From the NCBI RefSeq assembly GCF_009914755.1, contig NC_060930.1: 64,000 nt of DNA, one strand, 5' to 3'. A program made the translations under genes and the position numbers. This document shows, in pieces, positions 54,200-64,000 of the stretch. Every line of letters begins with the position of its first letter. The stretch's first letter is position 1. The stretch comes from the human T2T-CHM13v2.0 reference genome, Homo sapiens. The notes below the pieces were generated by a model. The model was not told the DNA's origin and ran no database searches. It was given only the letters and a program-made list of their open reading frames with translations.

Positions 54200-55880
54200 A
54201 GTGTCTGTGGAGCATCAACAATCCAAAAGAAAAGGACCAACATGAGCAAGGAAAACAATTTACCCAATATGAAAGAAGACTACTTAACATTCCCAGTGAT
54301 ATTTGAGATGATAGATGATATCACACCCTCCAAAAAACTAAGGAAACAGAAAACTAAGTGTTCTTGGAAAGTAAAAATATGTTTAATAAATACATACATA
54401 TTACATAATCAAAACAAAAAGATATCAAAAATATGAAAGAAAAGTTGAAACACAGGAGATAAATCCTCAAGAACACACATTCATCAAATAAAAGTTCTGA
54501 AAAGAAAGACCAAAAAAAGAAATGGAGATGAAATAATCAAATAAATGACTGAAGAATATCTCCCAGAACTGAAGAAAGATCTCGGTCGTCATACTGAGAG
54601 CCCCAGGGAGAACCACACAGAAGACACGAACAAATCCTTGTGAAATTAAAAATTCCAAAGACAAGCAAAAGTTCCAAAAGGCCTTCCTTGGGGTAAAACA
54701 AGCCAACAAAAAACAGGTTTCTTACACAGGAATGAGAACCACAGTGGCATCAGATCCATTTTCTATTGCACTCAACACTAGAAGATAGCCAGCAACAGCC
54801 TCAAATTTGGAGGAATTAATTTTAAATCTGAAATCCAATACTAAGGAATCCTACCAAATGTGGGGGGAAGACAGAGATATTTTCAGACATAAAACAACTG
54901 AGAAAGCTTATTTCCCCTATACCCTCATATGTACCTAATATGGTTAGCGTACATTAAAGAAATATTGTGATTAAGCAGCTAGATACCCTTAAGATATGAT
55001 ATCTTTCTCATGTTAAAAAAAAAAGAAAGAAAAGAAAAAGAATTAGAAATAGCAGGAGAAAAAAATGTAGAAAAATTTGTTGACCAAAGAAACAGTGGCA
55101 TGATTTTCAAAAATTGATTCGATTTTTAAAAATTAAAATCTACTTGGGTTTTATACTTAGAATGGTTTTTTTTGAACGACACAAGCTTTGCCACATTAAG
55201 ATTTTATCTTCTCTACAGGTTCAATCATACAATTTGGTACTGCAGAGAATATTTATATAATCATAACATTATAAAAATTCTTTATTGATTTTCCATTTTC
55301 AGAATCAACCTATAAAAGAGAGAAGACATAAATAGAATTACCAGACAGAATATAAATCTGACATACCTTGACAATAGAAAAGTAATAACATAGCTAATGA
55401 TAGTTGGGAGTTGGTTGTAGGGGAAGGGGAATTGGAAAGAAGAATAGAAGTGCTAATTTCCTCTGAGTATAGTGGGGAGAGAGGCTTTTGCCTAATGTTT
55501 GACACAGAAATAGGTAAGACAGACAAAGAAATATGTAAATAATTAAAAGCTACAAAAGTAATCAATTGAAAAGCTAAAATATAATAGCCCAAATGGGTAT
55601 GGATATGTATAAGCAGGTGACATTCACCAATTTTTATGGCATGAAGTCAACTGACACTAGCCATAAAAACTCTTGATGTTTAAAGTTGACAAATGATCTC
55701 AATGAATGTTGGCACAGACTTTGCATAAAAATTAATCTTAAAACACGTTTTAGTGGCTTCCTCTGGGAAGTGAGGTTAAGTTTGTAAGGCAACAAAGTCT
55801 TTTCATTTTTATTTTATTCACATTCATACTGCCTGAATTTTTACTTCAATGTTTGTATGCATTTTTAGAATTTAAAAAGA
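54200..55880 (+). mobile_element. HAL1 or old L1 ORF1-like element, degenerate
   Basis: gaaataatcaaataaatgactgaagaatatctcccagaactgaag (EII..EE.FPEL-like); ggcatcaga...ctagaagatag; attttcagacata. Confidence 0.65.
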
Positions 55881-55954
55881 AATGTGCTTCTTGTATAGGT
55901 GGGCTGCTTCATAAATTCTAATCAAGATATTTATGTAAGTATTCTTATTATTAA

Positions 55955-56220
55955 TTATAACAGTAACAATGAATAATGGCTACATTTTACTGAGGGCTTT
56001 TTATGTGCTAAAGGCTTATTGAGCACTCCCATTGAATTGTCACAACGATTATGATGTAGATACTATTATCTCCTACATTTTATGCATGAGGACATTGAGA
56101 CTTAGAGATTAAGTAATTTCCTAAGGTAACATAGTTAGTAAGAAGTAGGGACACTAAGGCCCAAACCTAGGTCTGTCTGACTCCAAAGGTCATGTTCACA
56201 ACCACCAAACTCTACTGCCT
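55955..56220 (-). mobile_element. MIR SINE
   Basis: tgagacttagagattaagtaatttcctaaggtaacatagttagtaag...caaacctaggtctgtctgactccaaag. Confidence 0.88.
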
Positions 56221-56423
56221 GTTCTATCCTGTGATTTTGAACCTGCATTATGAAGACTCTTGTCTCCATCGACTATGTCAGCTCTGACAGATCTTTAGTT
56301 GAATTCACAGGTAGCTCCTTTGACCAAAGACAATTTCGAAGACAGGCCATATATATTTATATACATATCAGTTGCACTAAATGCTAGAAGATAGCAAAAC
56401 AATGGCCTCAAATTCAGAGAGAA

Positions 56424-56796
<373 letters not shown>

Positions 56797-56934
56797 TCAA
56801 GTTGAAAAAAAAAAATCTGTCATTACTCTTTTAGGAAGTTCACAATTAGGAAAACAAAGATTAGCACTCATTTCTTCATGTAGCAAGTTACTAAGTGTCT
56901 ACTTTTGGCAAATATGAATGGATTCTGATAATTC

Positions 56935-57340
56935 TGTCATTCAGCAAGTGTTTAGACAATACAACTGAATCACACTGCTTAGCACTGGGGATAAGAAGGC
57001 TGACACAGACTCTGCCTTTCAGGAGCTCACCATAAGCTAAGGTGTAGTTTGAGGGGTGCTTTAAACCCCAATCTCAACTAACCCCATACCTACCCTCTCT
57101 AGCATTATTTTGATTTTTCATAATTATTTTAGCATTGGGAAAACAAAACTTCAAGCCTGTACACACCCCTCCCCTTCAAATGGATTGCTGTCCCAAGCCC
57201 ATCCTATATAAAAATTCAGAAACTATCATTAGAGCTTAGAGTTTGGTGGGGATGGAAAAGCAATTAAGCAAAATTATGTAATTCATTATACATGAGTGGG
57301 CAGTGAAGTCAAGAGTTCTATCAGATTATTTATGTTATTG
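56935..57340 (-). mobile_element. L2 3' end fragments
   Basis: cattcagcaagtgttt...gcactggggataag...ctgcctttcaggagctcac. Confidence 0.55.
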
Positions 57341-57969
57341 TTATATTAAGTGGAAGAACAAGAAGTATGGGCCAAGCCATGCAATACAGTTTCAAAGTAA
57401 AGGGTAAAAAGCATCCGTCACATTTCTTGTCTTCAATATATTTTGATAAGTAATGAGCTATATTTTTACACTTCAGAAGTATTAAAAATTTCCACATTTC
57501 TCATATAAGTATGTACACCAAAATCTCTTTTGGAAATAAATATTTCTATTTACCAACTTCAAACGAGCCTCAGGATAGTATGTATTATTAAGATAAGACC
57601 AAACACATCATTTTTTCTAAATCCTTTTCATAAACTCCATGGCCAGATATTTTGCAGAAGGCTTTGCAGCTTAAAATAGAAAATATCTTCTAGAGACAAC
57701 TACAGAAAGATTTTGAGATGAACAAGGTTAACCGCTCTTTTGTGGGTCATAGCACTGATGTGCTTCAGCCTCAGAGCACAGCTGAACTTTTAAAAATCAC
57801 TGACTGAATCAGTTCCAATTTCTTTCTTTCCATCAGTGTCTTTAAGCTGAGTTCATTTGAGAACATTAACTTGTAGGCCCATATGGCCAATTCATTTGAT
57901 AGTTCTTCCTAATTCCTTCATACCAAATATTTGTTTTGTTAGAGATGAGAAAAATGAAGTTACCCATAA

Positions 57970-58507
57970 TAGAAGGGACACTACTAACCCAAAATCCATT
58001 CTCTCTTCCCCCTTGCTAAGAGTGCCTGTGCTGTTTGGATGTCCCCCCTCTTCTATATATCCCGGTGCTCAGGAGATGGGGGGCACACTTCCCACGCCCT
58101 GATTTCCTGTTCCTACTGCCAAGGATTTGTTCGGATGTGGGCATGGAATTTAATTCTGGATACTGTGTAGGAGATATAAGAAAGGCTCTTCTTATCAACA
58201 GAAAAAAAAAAAGGATAATTGAAGATAAATATCCTCTGGTGCTGGATGTCATTGTGCCCATGACGATTCCCAGAGCTGTGGCAGCCATCTTGCAACCATG
58301 TGGGGAAACTAAGTCAACAAGTCTAGGATAGCAAAACAGAAAAATGCAAAGAATTTAGGGGTCTGCTAGTAATGAGCAACTGAATCAATCTGGGGCTGTT
58401 CCACATTCAGACTTCCTGTTGTGTTCGATAATAAATCTTCCTCATTGCTGAAGTTATTCTGAGTCAGGGCTTCCTGTCACTAAGCTAAACTCATCCAAAC
58501 TGATACA
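57970..58507 (+). mobile_element. Old MLT1 (J/K-like) LTR
   Basis: agctgtggcagccatcttgcaaccatg...cagacttcctgttg...ataataaatc...ccaaactgataca. Confidence 0.75.
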
Positions 58508-60029
58508 TATAGATTAGTTCTCTCTGTTACCCCTTTCTTCTTCTACCCAACCAACATTTTAAATATTCTTAACATAATTTCATTGTCACTGACTTTTTTT
58601 AATAGATAGAGGTTAGCTTTCCTCGGTGGTAGATGTAAATTTATCTTCATGTTTTACATTTTACCTTGGGAATCTACTATAAGAAAGTGTCCTTATCAAA
58701 GATACTTGGTTACTATACCTATAGGGAACAAATTATATTTTTAAGGCCATAGAAAAATCAGTATGAGACTATAGTGTTTTATGATAGCCAAACACGTTCA
58801 TTTTAACCAAAGATCCTTTTTCCCTATTTAAAATAAAGAGAAAGAAAAAAATGAGTTATAGGTGGAAGCTTTCTAATTCTTATCTCAATTTTTTTTCATA
58901 AACTTTCATTACAGCAACTCCTTGAAGCCTGACTGTTTGGCTTTCACAGCTTAATTTCTTAGCTTTGAGTTAACATTATTCCCTTAATCTCACTAATCCC
59001 CTAAGGAAGATGAACATAATGGTGAACTTCATATAAAAACATTCTATTAAATTTTCAAATGATTAAATTGTATACATAAAAATAAATAGGAATGACATTG
59101 AATTTATATAACTTCCTGCCAAAATTTCTAAATTTTATGCCATCTTTTCATCAATACCACTTCTGAATGTCTCTCTGTGTGAACTTTATCAAGACAAATG
59201 TCAGAATTCATAAAATCAACTAGAGTAATTGAAAGGCCTGTGTTAATTACAAATCATAACACAAGTCAAGGTTAATTACAATTAGACTTTATATATTTTG
59301 CTTGAGAACGCTAGGCTTATTTAGGCTGGATCATATTAAAATAAAAATGAAATGCTTATGTATGAAATATATAACAGTATATTATAGTTGCAGGGGGTTT
59401 AGGGGGCACCACTACCTAACACTATTTAAACATTACATATTCATCTCAAAAGTAACAAAAATAAGCAGTTCGAATATAAATTATTCTAAGGACTTTTTTG
59501 CTCTTAAATGAAAAAGTAAGGGCAATAATCTCTTAAGCATCCCTGGGCAATAGCTATTTTTAAAAATTCGAACTGCGAAAAAGCTGAGATGTCAACATTC
59601 ATTTCTGAAGTTTAGAGCCAATTTTGTCACACAAGTGCCTTACTGATTTTTTTGTCCCTGTGTTATGCTCTAAGGGGAGTTCTCCAGAACAAAACCTTAA
59701 GTTAAGTTCAAAAGCAAATTATTCAGAACCCACCCTCTCATGTTTTTAGTGTCTTTCTAGCTCCTTGTAATGAAGAATTTGGGAGATGAGATTAGGACTT
59801 TTAGAGATAACTATGAAGATATGATAAAGAACAGTCTTACACAGGCTAGAAAGTGGGCATGAGATCTCTAAAGTACAAAATTAGCAGACAGCCTAATATG
59901 AAACTGAATGGAGCTATTCCTTAAGTTAAAAAAGAAACTATTTTCTTTAAGGACAATTTGAATGAATTTTGATAACTGTACTTCAGCTATGCAAAATGTA
60001 AACATCTGGAGGATCCAGGTGGAGGGTAC

Positions 60030-63056
<3,027 letters not shown>

Positions 63057-64000
63057 AAGGAATCATAGCCAGAAAAATGGCAGATAGGAGACAGGACTAA
63101 CCTGCAGCTCCCGCTTGGACAGACAGAACTGTGGAGGGGCATGTGGAGACTCACATTGTGAACTTTTGCTCCAAGAACCACTGCAGGAACATACCAGAGA
63201 AACTGAAAAAATTCACAGCCCCTTTGAAAGCAGTGGCTTGCTGCTGCAAACTCCGTTAGCCAAAAAACTGTGAGTTCCCAAAGTAGAAGAGGGGAAATGG
63301 CTGCCTCCAAATATAATCCCCACTGGGGAACCTAAAAATCCAGATCACGAGAGAAGAATTTAACCTTACCTAGAGCTGACATGGATTTAGGGAGCCAAGC
63401 GAAATATAAAAGTAGAAGAAGCAGTGGAAAGAGGCCTGCAGGCAGTCTTGGTCCCCAGCTCGAACCCAGTGAAGCCATCCCTTGCCTTATCTCACAGGGA
63501 CCCTCAGGAAAGGCCACCAGTAGAATTGGGGAGGGGCCACAGGGTGAAGGAAGCTCCTAGCTGAACTTTGCAATAATTTCAACTAAGCATGAATTTTTCT
63601 GAGCAGGACCCAGGAGGCAAACTGGAAGTGCAGATATGAGCACAGAAGCCACAGCCAAAGGTGCAGGCAGGTGGAGAAGGGTGGGGCCTAAGAGCCCTGC
63701 TTCCTTTCTCAGCCGGAAGGCTTATAATCTAGGGCAAGATCTCAGCCATGCTGACCAGCTGCCCAGGTATGAACTTGGTGCTGTTCGTAGGGCATGGTGT
63801 GACTGAGACTGGCCTTGCTGGCTTCATGGCAGCTGAGAAAGGCCTCTCACTGCCAGCTTTCCCCTACTTCCCTGGTGACCTGCATGACATAGCAGAGCCA
63901 GCCATAATCCCGTGGAAACATAACTCTACTGGCCTGAAAACCACCTCCCATCCCCCACAGTGGCCACAGCAAGCCCTACCTAAGGAGAGTCAGAGCTCAG
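63057..64000 (+). mobile_element. L1PB-type 5'UTR (element runs off the window)
   Basis: atggcagataggagacaggactaacctgcagctccc...ggagactcacattgtgaacttttgctccaagaacc resembles the recalled L1PBa 5' end. Confidence 0.8.

Noticed and set aside
57040-57232. Possible small hAT MITE inside L2
   Set aside because: TIR and TSD similarity too weak to support a call

Overview
Primate (most likely human) AT-rich non-coding DNA, either intergenic or deep intronic. The primate call rests on AluJ/S/Y, THE1/MST LTRs and L1PA elements. I recognise no protein-coding exon, RNA gene or CRISPR array. The listed ORFs are chance or transposon-derived. A large share of the window is transposable-element fossil: L2, MIR, a CR1 RT fossil, about 12 solo ERVL/MaLR LTRs, hAT and Tigger DNA transposons, HAL1, L1M/L1PA/L1PB and 10 Alus, several of them nested. 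The observations most worth following up are: (1) an unassigned near-perfect 32-bp inverted repeat with a pre-miRNA-like shape at 50642-50721; (2) an exact 25-bp templated copy of nearby MIR sequence inside an Alu at 15610-15634; (3) an L1PA with both a twin-priming inversion and a short 3' transduction tag at 46288-46942; (4) a CpG-retaining TATA/Inr promoter-like island at about 27.6-27.9 kb; (5) a still-readable CR1 reverse-transcriptase fossil at about 18.0-18.5 kb; (6) a stacked L1 mosaic at the right end containing an AluY with a triplicated 3' segment. I found no convincing new biological system. All repeat family and subfamily names come from recalled consensus sequences, not a database search, and boundaries of old repeats are approximate.
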